Source: Archangium sp.
GTDB taxonomy: Bacteria > Myxococcota > Myxococcia > Myxococcales > Myxococcaceae
Reading direction: 5' to 3'
Assembly (NCBI GenBank): GCA_031367385.1
Contig: JANLPS010000556.1
Location: 1 to 43,828 of the forward strand
Length of the DNA stretch: 43,828 nucleotides
The position numbers and the translations under genes were made by a program. This document shows, one piece after another, positions 1 through 9,304 of the stretch (the stretch's first letter is position 1; each line of letters begins with the position of its first letter). The notes below the pieces were generated by a model. The model ran no database searches and was not told the DNA's origin. It saw nothing but the letters and a program-made list of their open reading frames with translations.

Positions 1-141
1 CCACTCGAATCTTTGATCACCAGAGTCGCATCACCGTTGCTGGCGACGCCCGGCACGTTGCTCAGGGTGAAGGGCCCTGGTTGCAGAGATGTAGGTGAAT
101 GTGGTTATAGCGCGCCCACATTCTTCCAAACGGGGTTTCCC

Positions 142-1413
142 ATGAAGCGCGAGTGGCTGTGGTTGTTGGTTGCGATGGTTGGCGTCTCGGCGTGCGGCGA
201 AGATTTTCTGGCGGTCGAGCCGCAAGAAGTCGACGGCGAAGTGCTCGCTGCGACTGAAAACCGGGTCACGTGGGTCGACCAGTCTGAGGTCGAGCGCCAG
301 AGCATCGGCAACTGTTGGATCTACGCAGGCGCGAGCTGGGTCGAGTCGCTCAACAAAGCCGCGACCGGCACCGCGATGAACACCTCTCAGTCGTACGTGA
401 CGTACTGGCACTGGTTCGACCAGATCGCGCAAGGCGCGACCGAGATCAGCACCGGCGGCAGTTACGGCACCGTCATCGACCTCTACACCCGCTTCGGCCT
501 GATGACCCAAGCCGAGTTCTTGCCCGGTGAAGCGACCGCCGAGATGTCGTCGCTCCAAGAAGAGGCGCTCGCCGCGATCAACGAATCGCTCAAGAGCGGG
601 GCGCTGAAGACCGCCGCCGCCCGCCGCAGCCGCGCCAAGGTGCGCGCAGAGCTCGACCGCGTCTGGCACCTCAACACTGACACCGTGAAGCTGCTCAACG
701 CCGTGTTCGGTAAGAGCGTCACCAAGACGCTCGACCAGGCCTACGCGACCAAAGCGCCCCCGACCGTCGCGAGCTCGCGCGGCACGCTGAAGGTGCTCCG
801 CCCCGTCGACATCGCGGCGCACGTGAACTCGAAGCCAGGCGAAGCCTTCGTGACCAAGACCCTCGCCGACGCCATCGGCGCCGGGTGGGACCGTTCAGGC
901 CCCTTCGCGTGGAACGAGGTCTCGTACCCGAGCAGCAAGAAAGACCGCCGCGCCGTGCAGAAGCGGGTGCAGCGCGCGCTCAATGATCACCAGCCGGTCA
1001 TCGTCTCGTGGTTCGTCGACTTCAACGCCATGGGCCGCGACAGCACCTTCACCCTCGAGGAGCTCGCCCGCAACGGCCGCCCCGGCCACCAAGGCGGCCA
1101 CATGGTCGTGATGATGGACTACGAGGTCGACAACGTGCCCGGCTACGGCACCCTCAAAGCCGGCGTCGAAGAGAAGCGCCCCGCGGCTCTCGAGGCGGCG
1201 TTGTCTGACTCGGCGACGATCAAGTTCTTTCGCATCAAGAACTCGTGGGGCAAGTACCGCCCCGACCGGTGGGACACCACCGCGCTGCCCGGCTACCACG
1301 ACCTCTACCAGACGTACCTCGATGGCCCGATTCAGCAGTGCGACGAGGTCGACACCACCAGCTGCTCGCCCGGCGTGCCCCTGTGGGACGTCGTGCTGCC
1401 CGCCGGCTACTGA
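142..1413 (+). CDS. Papain-like (C1-type) cysteine peptidase, lipoprotein
   Basis: Start moved to ATG 142 (MKREWLWLLVAMVGVSAC, lipobox). Catalytic motifs RQSIGNCW (Q/C), GGHMVV (H), IKNSWG (N). Confidence 0.75.
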   Translation: MKREWLWLLVAMVGVSACGEDFLAVEPQEVDGEVLAATENRVTWVDQSEVERQSIGNCWIYAGASWVESLNKAATGTAMNTSQSYVTYWHWFDQIAQGATEISTGGSYGTVIDLYTRFGLMTQAEFLPGEATAEMSSLQEEALAAINESLKSGALKTAAARRSRAKVRAELDRVWHLNTDTVKLLNAVFGKSVTKTLDQAYATKAPPTVASSRGTLKVLRPVDIAAHVNSKPGEAFVTKTLADAIGAGWDRSGPFAWNEVSYPSSKKDRRAVQKRVQRALNDHQPVIVSWFVDFNAMGRDSTFTLEELARNGRPGHQGGHMVVMMDYEVDNVPGYGTLKAGVEEKRPAALEAALSDSATIKFFRIKNSWGKYRPDRWDTTALPGYHDLYQTYLDGPIQQCDEVDTTSCSPGVPLWDVVLPAGY

Positions 1414-1432
1414 AACGCCCTGGCCTGCGTAA

Positions 1433-1464
1433 CCTGCAGTACAAAATTGTACTGCATGCAGTAC
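1433..1464. repeat. 32-bp palindromic direct repeat, copy 1
   Basis: CCTGCAGTACAAAATTGTACTGCATGCAGTAC, identical to 2905-2936. Contains TGCAGTACAA-AA-TTGTACTGCA and the overlapping perfect palindrome GTACTGCATGCAGTAC. Confidence 0.95.
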
Positions 1465-1497
1465 CGATGAGGCCTCCTGATTCGTGCGACGGCTGAC

Positions 1498-2142
1498 ATG
1501 AACGAGGCTACGCCCCTCACGTTCAGCGATGATCGTGGGTGGGCGTCGTGGCTCTCGAGACACCACGCTCGCGCGAGCTTCGTGTGGTTGGTGATCGCGA
1601 AGAAGGGCTCGAGGCGCGCCTGGCTCGGCATCAGCGACGCGCTCGACGTGGCCCTCTGCTTCGGGTGGGTCGACAGTCACCGAAAGGGGCACGACGACGA
1701 CTCGTTTCTCCAACGCTATTCGCCACGCCGGGCCAAGAGCCCCTGGTCGAAGCTGAACGTCGAACGGGTCGAAGCGCTGGTGAAGGCGGGGCGCATGCGC
1801 GCGGCAGGGTTGGCTCAGGTGGCGGCGGCGAAGGCCGATGGGCGCTGGGCCGCGGCGTATGCGTCACAACGGAGTGCTTCACCGCCCCCTGACTTCATCG
1901 CGGCGCTGGCGAAAAATGCGCGCGCCAGGGCTGCGTTCGAGCGGCTCGACAAGACGGGTCAGTACACGCTGCTGCTGCCCGTCTTGAAGGCCGTGACCGC
2001 GGCGACTCGGGCGCGCCGGCTCGAGAAGGCCCTCGAGCGACTCACCGAGCCCACCTCAGCTCAACCCGTCGGCGGCTTGAAAGCGACGAGGGCTTTGCCG
2101 AGCGCGGTGAGGCCATCGAAGGGCACGCGCAAGAGGAGCTGA
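1498..2142 (+). CDS. YdeI/OmpD-associated (bacteriocin-protection) family protein
   Basis: Motifs ALCFGWVDS, RYSPRRAKSPWSKLN, GRMRAAG, AKADGRWAAAY, PPDFIAAL. Confidence 0.9.
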   Translation: MNEATPLTFSDDRGWASWLSRHHARASFVWLVIAKKGSRRAWLGISDALDVALCFGWVDSHRKGHDDDSFLQRYSPRRAKSPWSKLNVERVEALVKAGRMRAAGLAQVAAAKADGRWAAAYASQRSASPPPDFIAALAKNARARAAFERLDKTGQYTLLLPVLKAVTAATRARRLEKALERLTEPTSAQPVGGLKATRALPSAVRPSKGTRKRS

Positions 2143-2729
2143 GTCTTGGTGGCTTTGGCCTCGAGGCCTTCGACGCCGGCCTCTCTCACGGTGGCGATGG
2201 CGGCCTTCGCGAGCGGTGAGGGCTTGGGCGCCTTCACGCGGCCGGTGTGCTCGGCGATGGCTTCGAGAAACTCTGGGCGGGTAATGGTTTCGAGCGTGCG
2301 GGTGATGACCTTGTCGCCGCGCTTGAACTGAATCTTGAGCTTCTCGAAGTCGATGGCGCCGCGCTTTGAAACCACGGCCTTGTCTCTCGCCTCGACGTAG
2401 GTGATGGCCAGACTGAGGTTGTACGCTTTGAACTTGGCGACCTCTGCTGGCGTCGCGAGCCTCACCACCTTCATGTTGCGAATGACCGAGCTGCGACCCT
2501 CCTGGAGAATGGTCGCGAAGAATGCGGCATCGGTGGCGAAGCCTCCTGCCATGTACAAGGGAGGCGTGTGCTCGACGATGCTCGCCACGGCTTCGTATCT
2601 GCGATGCCAGGCGACGGCCCCGGCTGCAGTGGCGGCGGCGAGTGCCTGAAGAGCGGCTTGGTAGAGTCGCTTCAGGTTCGGGTCGACCTTCACAACGATG
2701 GGTTCGGTCGCGGGAGAGACTTCGGGCAT
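2061..2729 (-). CDS. Hypothetical protein, possible HTH/DUF3102-like DNA-binding protein
   Basis: Protein-like 222-aa ORF, basic C-terminal half. Segment LYMAGGFATDAAFF...GRSSVIRNMKVVR is loosely HTH-like; function is inferred. Confidence 0.6.
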   Translation of the reverse strand: MPEVSPATEPIVVKVDPNLKRLYQAALQALAAATAAGAVAWHRRYEAVASIVEHTPPLYMAGGFATDAAFFATILQEGRSSVIRNMKVVRLATPAEVAKFKAYNLSLAITYVEARDKAVVSKRGAIDFEKLKIQFKRGDKVITRTLETITRPEFLEAIAEHTGRVKAPKPSPLAKAAIATVREAGVEGLEAKATKTQLLLRVPFDGLTALGKALVAFKPPTG

Positions 2730-2904
2730 GGCGTGCTCCGTTGAAATGCGCGGTCACGAGATGTGGCGCGCACCTCTTCACACGTGTGACCCCCCTTGAG
2801 GATTCATCGCTCGTGCTCTTTTTTTGAAAAAAGAATTCTTCGGCCGCTGATGCAATCAAGGGCGAGCCACTTTCGTACGCGCCCGCCCTTCGCCTCGGCG
2901 GTAC

Positions 2905-2936
2905 CCTGCAGTACAAAATTGTACTGCATGCAGTAC
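2905..2936. repeat. 32-bp palindromic direct repeat, copy 2
   Basis: Identical to 1433-1464, same orientation. Confidence 0.95.
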
Positions 2937-2976
2937 ATCACCGTTCTTCACGTTCGAACCGCGCGTACCGTAGAGA

Positions 2977-4506
2977 TTACGGAGCCGCGAGCACCCGCAG
3001 CCGGTAGCTGATGCCGGCGAGCCCCCTCGTCAGGTCACAGGTCATCGTGGTGTCTGGGGCCGCGCCCGCCCAGGGCGAGAAAGTCCACCGGCCGAGCTGA
3101 GCCAGCCGCGGGTTGATGCGGTTCACGTCGCAGCGGCGGCCGACGTCATTGGCGACGAACGCATCGGCCGTGAGGTCACCTGGCGCGGCAGGGATGCCGG
3201 CGAATGACAGTGGGCTGATGTCGTCGAATGCCGAGACCAAGGCCACGCGATCGGCGTGGCGCAGCACCACCACCACCGACTCGACGAATGCTGGAGTTTG
3301 AAATCGATACCGCTCCGGGCGCGTGCGCTCTTGCGCGTCGGCGGTTCTGGTCAAAATCTCTGCCACGTCGTTGTTGAGAATCAGCTCGCTGGTCAGCACC
3401 CGCCAGCCATTCACGCCATTCGGTAAGGGGGTGATGGTGTCTTGACGCAGCAGCATCAGCACCACCAGGTCGCCCGCTTGTACGAGGTCGGGTGGCAACA
3501 CGTCGAAGCCTCCGTCGTTGGCGTAGGCGTCGGTCACTGACTGGCTGATCAACTGCACGGGGCCCGCGGTGATGCCCGAGCCGCCGTCTCCCGCGCCTGG
3601 CAAGGCAGGCAATTCGCCAGTGCCTGCTTCGAGAACGATCGGCTGCGTCACCGCCTGCCCAGGCGCGACCAGCACGTTCGAGACGCGAATCGGCACGTAC
3701 CCATCGCGATGAAAGGTCAACGTGATCAACCCGGGCGCGACGTTCATCACCGTGAACTGGCCTTGGGCATCGGCCATGGTGAGTGAGGTCATGCCGGCGG
3801 TAGTGACCTCGACCGTGACTCCGTCGAGCGCCCCGCCGGTGCCGCTGCGCACCGTGCCCGTGACCGAGCCCGACGTCAGATTCGCGTCGACCTTCAACGA
3901 AACGTCGGCGAGCCGTTGCTCTTGCCCCGCGCCCAGCCCGACTCGGCTCGAAGCCGGCGCGTAGCCCGGAGCGAAGAAGCTGATCGGCAGCGAGCCCTGC
4001 GGCAGACCCGCCAGCACGAACGAGCCGTCGTCGGCGCTCACCGTGCTCGCGGGGCTGCCCGGCAAGAAGACCTGAATGCCGCCCTGGCCAGCAGACGCGT
4101 CGCGGTCGCCGCGTCTGACTTTGCCTGCGACGGTCGAGAGGCGACCGAGCACCACGACTCCCAAGTTCGACGTCTTGCCGAACCCGGCGCCAGTCTCGGC
4201 GAGGTCGAAGACCCGTGAGGCGTCGTCGGTGCCATCGCCGTCTGCGTCGTACGCCAGGCGCAAGGTACCGGTCGTCGCAGTGAGCCCCTCGAGGCGCACC
4301 GTGCCATCGTCGTTGGCCTTGGCGACCCGGCTGCTGCCGACCAGCTCGAGCCGTGCCCCGACCGCGGGTATCAAGTCGGCTCTGCCGGGCCGCTGAGAGA
4401 GCACCGTCGCGGTCACCGTGCCTGGTTTGTCGTCGGTTCGCGGGGGCACCGTCAGGTCGAAACACCCAGCGGTACAGAAACAAAGACCTACCGTCAGCCA
4501 TCTCAT
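2977..4506 (-). CDS. Lipoprotein with carboxypeptidase-regulatory-like (prealbumin/Cna-B-like) repeats
   Basis: Start at ATG 4506 (MRWLTVGLCFCTAGC lipobox). Repeated beta-sandwich motifs G.V.G.V...DG.F.L..L..G...GY; C-terminal GDLVVL domain. Confidence 0.75.
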   Translation of the reverse strand: MRWLTVGLCFCTAGCFDLTVPPRTDDKPGTVTATVLSQRPGRADLIPAVGARLELVGSSRVAKANDDGTVRLEGLTATTGTLRLAYDADGDGTDDASRVFDLAETGAGFGKTSNLGVVVLGRLSTVAGKVRRGDRDASAGQGGIQVFLPGSPASTVSADDGSFVLAGLPQGSLPISFFAPGYAPASSRVGLGAGQEQRLADVSLKVDANLTSGSVTGTVRSGTGGALDGVTVEVTTAGMTSLTMADAQGQFTVMNVAPGLITLTFHRDGYVPIRVSNVLVAPGQAVTQPIVLEAGTGELPALPGAGDGGSGITAGPVQLISQSVTDAYANDGGFDVLPPDLVQAGDLVVLMLLRQDTITPLPNGVNGWRVLTSELILNNDVAEILTRTADAQERTRPERYRFQTPAFVESVVVVLRHADRVALVSAFDDISPLSFAGIPAAPGDLTADAFVANDVGRRCDVNRINPRLAQLGRWTFSPWAGAAPDTTMTCDLTRGLAGISYRLRVLAAP

Positions 4507-4562
4507 CGGCGCGCAGCGTGGTCGGTTTGGGCCGCCATGGCAATCACCCTTGGCAGCGTCGC

Positions 4563-5021
4563 TCACGCAGTCTTCGGCGGCAACACCACCAGCGTGAACC
4601 AGTAGTCGTTGAGTGAGCGAATCATCTGCGCGAACCCTTCGAAGTCGATTGGCTTCACCAGGTACGAGCTGCACCGCAGCTTGTACGACTTGGTGACCTC
4701 TTCATCGCTCTTCGACGAGGTCAGAATCACGATGGGAAGATGTTTCAACGCCTCGTCTTGCCCGACCTCGCGCAGCACCTCGAGCCCACCCATCCGCGGC
4801 ATGTTGAGATCGAGGAGCACGAGATCAGGGGTCGGCTCGGTGGCATATGGGCCCTGTTTGCGCAGGTAGCGCAGGCACTCTTCGCCGTTGCTGACGTGTC
4901 GCAGGTCGACCGCCAGCTTCGAGCGCCGAAACCCGAGCTTGGTCAGCTCGACGTCGTTGTCGTTGTCTTCGACCAGCAACACGACGGCCGGGCGGCCCAG
5001 GGCGAAGTCTTCGGTGCTCAC
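4563..5021 (-). CDS. Single-domain response regulator (Rcp1-like)
   Basis: LLVEDN, PDLVLLDLNMP, ILTSS, YLVKP, YWF C-terminus. GTG start overlaps the kinase stop (GTGA). Confidence 0.92.
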   Translation of the reverse strand: MSTEDFALGRPAVVLLVEDNDNDVELTKLGFRRSKLAVDLRHVSNGEECLRYLRKQGPYATEPTPDLVLLDLNMPRMGGLEVLREVGQDEALKHLPIVILTSSKSDEEVTKSYKLRCSSYLVKPIDFEGFAQMIRSLNDYWFTLVVLPPKTA

Positions 5022-6577
5022 GGGTGACCCTCTTTCTGCACTGTGAATGAGAACGTGCTGCCCAGGCCAAGCTCTGACTCGACCCAGATGCGACCACCGT
5101 GCCGGGTCACCACGCGTCGGCACACGGCCAGACCGATGCCGGTGCCAGGGTACTCCTTCGCGCTGTGCAGCCGCTTGAAGATTTCGAAGATCTGTTCCTG
5201 GTGCTTGGGCGCAATGCCGATGCCGTTGTCGCTGACCGAGAATCGCCAGCCCTCGCCTTCACGCTCGGCCGAGATGTGAATGCGTGGTGGCTGGGCGCTT
5301 CGGTACTTGAGCGCGTTGCCGACCAGGTTCAGCATCAACTGCACGAGCTGCGAGCGATCGCCCTCGATCACCGGGAGCGCCCCGAAGGTGATCTCGGCCT
5401 TCGCATCGGTGATGACCGCATCGAGCAGCGTCTTCGTCTGCTCGAGCACGTCGGCCATCGGCACGTCGGTGAAGGGCCGGGCGTTCGTCTCGAGCCGCGA
5501 GTACTCGAGCAAGTCGTGAATCAAGGTCTGCAGCTGCTTCGCCGACTGCTGGGTGCGCGCAAGCCAGTCATTCGCCACGGCGTCGAGTGACGAGCCATAG
5601 GTCGATTGCAGCAACCCGATGAAGCTGCCGATGCTGCGCAGCGGGGTCTGGAGATCATGCGAGGCCACGAAGGCGAAGCGCTGCAGCTCGATGTTGCTGC
5701 GCTCGAGCGCCTCGTTCGACAGTTTCAGCGCCGCGGCCTGACGTTTCTGCTCGCGCACGTCTCGAAGCGTGAGCAGCCGCGCGTGCCGGCTGCCGTCGCT
5801 GAAGGGCTTGCCCCGAACCTCGAGGTCGATGGGGCTGCCGTCTCTTCGCAGGCCGCGCACGGTCACGGGCCCGGTCAACTGAACCACCTGGCCCACCGCA
5901 GCACGATCATCGAGGTGAATGAGCTCGAGCACTTCGCGGCCCACCAGCTCAGCCTTCGGGTACCCCAGCAGCTCGACCGCGGTTTCGTTGGCCTCGACCA
6001 CGCGGCCTTCGCGGTGAATCAAGATGCCCTCGAACGTCGAGTCGAAGAGCAGGCTGAAGCGCTCGGTGCTGGCCTCGAGGTGCTTGATCACCTTGAGGCG
6101 CGAGTGCATGCCGATGTTGGCCTGAATCAAGACGGTGAAGATGCCCGGCAGAAACACCGAGTCTCGCAGCGCCGGCAGCGCGATGACCGAGGCCAGTGAC
6201 AGCGCGAGCGTGAACACGGAGTAGGCGATCATCGCGGCCCGAGACAGCAGCGCCAGGGTGATCGCGCCGATGGTGATGAACGCCCCGACGACCCAGTTGA
6301 GGTCGAAGGCGTTCTGGTACGAGAGAAAGAAGTAGTGCGCAGTGATCAGCCAGAGCCCGGCGACGAACAACGAGTCGAGGTGCCGGCGGGCCGCCTGACT
6401 GGCAAAGCTCGAGAGCCCGGCGCCCCAGATCGCGAAGACGACGAACAAGCGGCTGCCCAGCGGGTTGTAGGCGAGCGGGAGAATGCTTCGAACCGCGACC
6501 CACCACAGCAAGTAGATCGCGCCCACGAAGAGCAACAGCCGGCGATAGAGGCGCAGGTCGCGACCATGGAGCGGCAT
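5018..6577 (-). CDS. Membrane-bound PAS sensor histidine kinase
   Basis: Multiple TM helices, PAS domain, H-box FAFVASHDLQTPLR, N-box NLVGNALKY, DNGIGI and GTGIGL. Confidence 0.93.
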   Translation of the reverse strand: MPLHGRDLRLYRRLLLFVGAIYLLWWVAVRSILPLAYNPLGSRLFVVFAIWGAGLSSFASQAARRHLDSLFVAGLWLITAHYFFLSYQNAFDLNWVVGAFITIGAITLALLSRAAMIAYSVFTLALSLASVIALPALRDSVFLPGIFTVLIQANIGMHSRLKVIKHLEASTERFSLLFDSTFEGILIHREGRVVEANETAVELLGYPKAELVGREVLELIHLDDRAAVGQVVQLTGPVTVRGLRRDGSPIDLEVRGKPFSDGSRHARLLTLRDVREQKRQAAALKLSNEALERSNIELQRFAFVASHDLQTPLRSIGSFIGLLQSTYGSSLDAVANDWLARTQQSAKQLQTLIHDLLEYSRLETNARPFTDVPMADVLEQTKTLLDAVITDAKAEITFGALPVIEGDRSQLVQLMLNLVGNALKYRSAQPPRIHISAEREGEGWRFSVSDNGIGIAPKHQEQIFEIFKRLHSAKEYPGTGIGLAVCRRVVTRHGGRIWVESELGLGSTFSFTVQKEGHP

Positions 6578-6685
6578 CGCGTGGAGAGACTAGTCGAACG
6601 GTTCAACGGCCGAGTGACGACTTCGACGCACCGCTGGCCGACCACGAATTCCTCAGGATGGACGGGGTCTGGTACCTTGCGCGCC

Positions 6686-7963
6686 GTGACGCCTTCTCCT
6701 TCGTTCGAACCGATACCCGACGCGGCTTCTGATTGGGCCCCACCGCCTCGCTCATCGTCGCGGCTGTTGGCGCTCCTGGTGATGCTCGCCGCCGTCGTGG
6801 GCGCGGCCTTCTCGGCCGTCAGCACCAGCGACTTCATGCAGTTTCTCGACCGGCAGGTGCACTCGATTCACTGCTCGTTCATACCGGGCGCGGGCGTCGA
6901 GCTCGGTGAGAGCGGCTGCAAGACCGTGATGATGTCGCCCTACAGCTCGTACTTTCGCGAGTCGGTCTGGGGTGGCGTGCCGGTCAGCGTCTGGTCGCTC
7001 GCGGTGTTCGCCTTTCTCGCCTACCGCGCCGCCGCCATCGTGCTCAAGGGCAACGCCACCCGCGGCGAGGCCACGTTTCTCTGGGCCGCCACCGCCCTGC
7101 CGGTGTTGATGAGCGTGATCTACGGCTACCTCTCGATCGTTCAGGTCGGCGCCACCTGCAAGGTCTGCGTTGGCATCTACGCCTCGAGCGTGACGGTGTT
7201 CGCGCTCGCCTTCATTCTGCGAATGCGAACGCCGCAGCCCCAGTCGCACGAGCCCAACCGCTTCGTCTTCTCTTTTCTGCAGGGCGTCGGCTTCGTCGCC
7301 TTACTCACCGTTGTCTTCTTCATCGCGCGGCCGCCCAATGACGTCGGCAAAGGCGCTGCGGGGTGCGGCACCCTGGTTCAGGCCGATGACTCGGCCGGCG
7401 TGATGCTCGAGCTCAAGAGCGGCCACGTCGAGGCCATCGAGCTGCTCGACCCGTTGTGCCCCTCGTGCAAGGCCTTCGACACCCGGCTCTCGGCCAGCGG
7501 CTCGGCGCAGGCCCTCGCGCTCAAGGGCGTGCTCTTTCCCCTCGACTCGACCTGCAACTGGATGATCACCGAAGAGCTGCACCCTGGGGCGTGCGCGGTG
7601 AGCGAGGCGATTCTCTGCGCGACGGGGTTGGGTGACAAACGAGATCACGCCGCCGGGCGCAAGGTGCTCACCTGGGCCTTCAAGCATCAGGAGTCGCTGC
7701 GCGAAGACGCCAAGAAAGATCAGAAGGCGATGCGGGCCGCGCTGGAGCAGCAATTTCCCGAGGTGAAGGGGTGCCTCGGCGGGCCGCAGGTGAAGAACAA
7801 GCTGACCAAGAGCCTTCGCTGGGCGGTCGCCAACGGCCTGTCAGTGCTGACGCCGCAGCTGTTCGTTCGAGATCGCCGCATGTGCGACGAAGACACTGAT
7901 CTCGGCCTCGACTACTCGCTCAAGAAGATGATCGCCTCGGCCCCGAAGGGAGCACACCCGTGA
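6686..7963 (+). CDS. Vitamin K epoxide reductase (VKOR) - DsbA/thioredoxin fusion
   Basis: VKOR loop cysteines (HCSF..SGCKTV..SPYS), GVPVS, TM CKVC motif; C-terminal thioredoxin fold DPLCPSC, FPLDSTCN, TP. GTG start approximate. Confidence 0.88.
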   Translation: MTPSPSFEPIPDAASDWAPPPRSSSRLLALLVMLAAVVGAAFSAVSTSDFMQFLDRQVHSIHCSFIPGAGVELGESGCKTVMMSPYSSYFRESVWGGVPVSVWSLAVFAFLAYRAAAIVLKGNATRGEATFLWAATALPVLMSVIYGYLSIVQVGATCKVCVGIYASSVTVFALAFILRMRTPQPQSHEPNRFVFSFLQGVGFVALLTVVFFIARPPNDVGKGAAGCGTLVQADDSAGVMLELKSGHVEAIELLDPLCPSCKAFDTRLSASGSAQALALKGVLFPLDSTCNWMITEELHPGACAVSEAILCATGLGDKRDHAAGRKVLTWAFKHQESLREDAKKDQKAMRAALEQQFPEVKGCLGGPQVKNKLTKSLRWAVANGLSVLTPQLFVRDRRMCDEDTDLGLDYSLKKMIASAPKGAHP

Positions 7964-8643
7964 ACGACTCCGTGAAGACCGCGCTCGTCGGCGTGGTGGC
8001 CGCGCTGGTGCCCGCCGTGCTGATCATGCAATGGGGCGGCGCCGCAAATACCCGCCTCAAGCAGAGCCAGGCCAACCCCGAGAAGCTCGCCACCGCCAGC
8101 GTGTCGAACGACACCTATTGCACGCCCGAGCTCAAGGCCATCGTGCGCCGGGTGGCCAGCGCCTGCGGCCTGGTCGACAGCACCGGCGGCCGCGGCTGCC
8201 AACCGATGGACGCGCAGAAGGTCGCCGCGCTCTCGGGTGGTGACTTCAACGCGCTGTTCAAGCCGCTCTCGAAGCGCGCCGCGATTCTGCAGTTCGACCT
8301 CGACAAGTCAGAGCTCGATGAGAGCGCCGCCACCCTGGTCGAAAAGGCCTGGAGCGATCAACGCGGCGGCAGCTTCTTCTTCGTCGTCGCCCGCGCCAGC
8401 CCCGACGGCGACAAGCAATACAACGAGACCCTGAGCCGAGACCGCGCGCAGGCCGTGCTCAAGCGGCTGCAGGGCACCTTCAAAGATGGCGAAATCGACA
8501 AGCAGGTCGGGCTCTTGTGGTTGGGTGAAGAATTTGCCCAGCTCGGCGACGAGTTCTGCTCGTGGTCGAGATCTCGCGAGGCCTGCACCCCCGCCGACCT
8601 GAACCGGAGCGCCTTCGTTGCGTGGATTGACTGTGCGATTTGA
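7960..8643 (+). CDS. Cys-rich OmpA-like (peptidoglycan-binding-type) domain protein
   Basis: QFDLDKSEL, RASPDGDKQYNETLSRDRAQAV; N-terminal hydrophobic anchor; GTGA overlap with upstream gene. Confidence 0.7.
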   Translation: MNDSVKTALVGVVAALVPAVLIMQWGGAANTRLKQSQANPEKLATASVSNDTYCTPELKAIVRRVASACGLVDSTGGRGCQPMDAQKVAALSGGDFNALFKPLSKRAAILQFDLDKSELDESAATLVEKAWSDQRGGSFFFVVARASPDGDKQYNETLSRDRAQAVLKRLQGTFKDGEIDKQVGLLWLGEEFAQLGDEFCSWSRSREACTPADLNRSAFVAWIDCAI

Positions 8644-9244
8644 GCGGTGCGCGTGGGTCATCGCCGCGGCGTTGGTGTCGCTCGGGTGCCCCGATGAGAA
8701 GCCGGTGGCGCCTTCGCAGTCGCGCTTCGATGGCGTGGCGTCGAAGGCGCTGACCGACGAAAAACGGTTCTGCGACAAGACCTGGCCCGCCGGTGCGCGG
8801 CCCTTTCAAAGACCTGCGATTAAGCCGGTCGAGGGCGCTGGCGCCACTGAGCCGGGCAAGGGCTGGCGGTGGGTCAACGTCTGGGCCACCTGGTGCGCGC
8901 CCTGCGTCGATGAGATGGCCCTGCTGACGCGGTGGAAGAGCGCGTTCGAAAAAGACGGGCTCGAGGTGTCGTTCGAGATGATCAGCATCGACGAAGCCGA
9001 CGCGCTGCCAACGATGAAGACCTGGCTGGGGCGGCTGCCGGGCTCTCTGCAGTGGGTGCAAGCGCCTGACGACGTGCCGGCGTGGCTCGAGCGCAGCGTG
9101 GGCATCTCGGCCGACTCGGCGATACCGATTCACGTCTTGGTCGACCCGGCGGGCGGTCAACGCTGCGTGCGCGTCGGCGCGGTGCACGCGCAAGACTACG
9201 GGGCGGTGCGCGCGTTTCTCGGCGCCGAAGCGACGCCGAAATAG
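8633..9244 (+). CDS. TlpA-family thiol:disulfide oxidoreductase lipoprotein
   Basis: VNVWATWCAPC, IP cis-proline loop, SLGC lipobox; start approximate. Confidence 0.88.
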   Translation: MRFERCAWVIAAALVSLGCPDEKPVAPSQSRFDGVASKALTDEKRFCDKTWPAGARPFQRPAIKPVEGAGATEPGKGWRWVNVWATWCAPCVDEMALLTRWKSAFEKDGLEVSFEMISIDEADALPTMKTWLGRLPGSLQWVQAPDDVPAWLERSVGISADSAIPIHVLVDPAGGQRCVRVGAVHAQDYGAVRAFLGAEATPK

Positions 9245-9304
9245 GGCCTTCGCACTGCCGAGCGCGGCGAGTTGCCGAATTTTCCCCCAACCCTCGGAAA
9301 GCCG

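Noticed and set aside
1433..2936. CRISPR array or IS element from the 32-bp repeats
   Set aside because: Only two copies 1.47 kb apart, no spacers, no cas or transposase gene.
4563..6577. Phytochrome light-sensing system
   Set aside because: Kinase and regulator are of that type, but there are no GAF/PHY domains; input is TM plus PAS.
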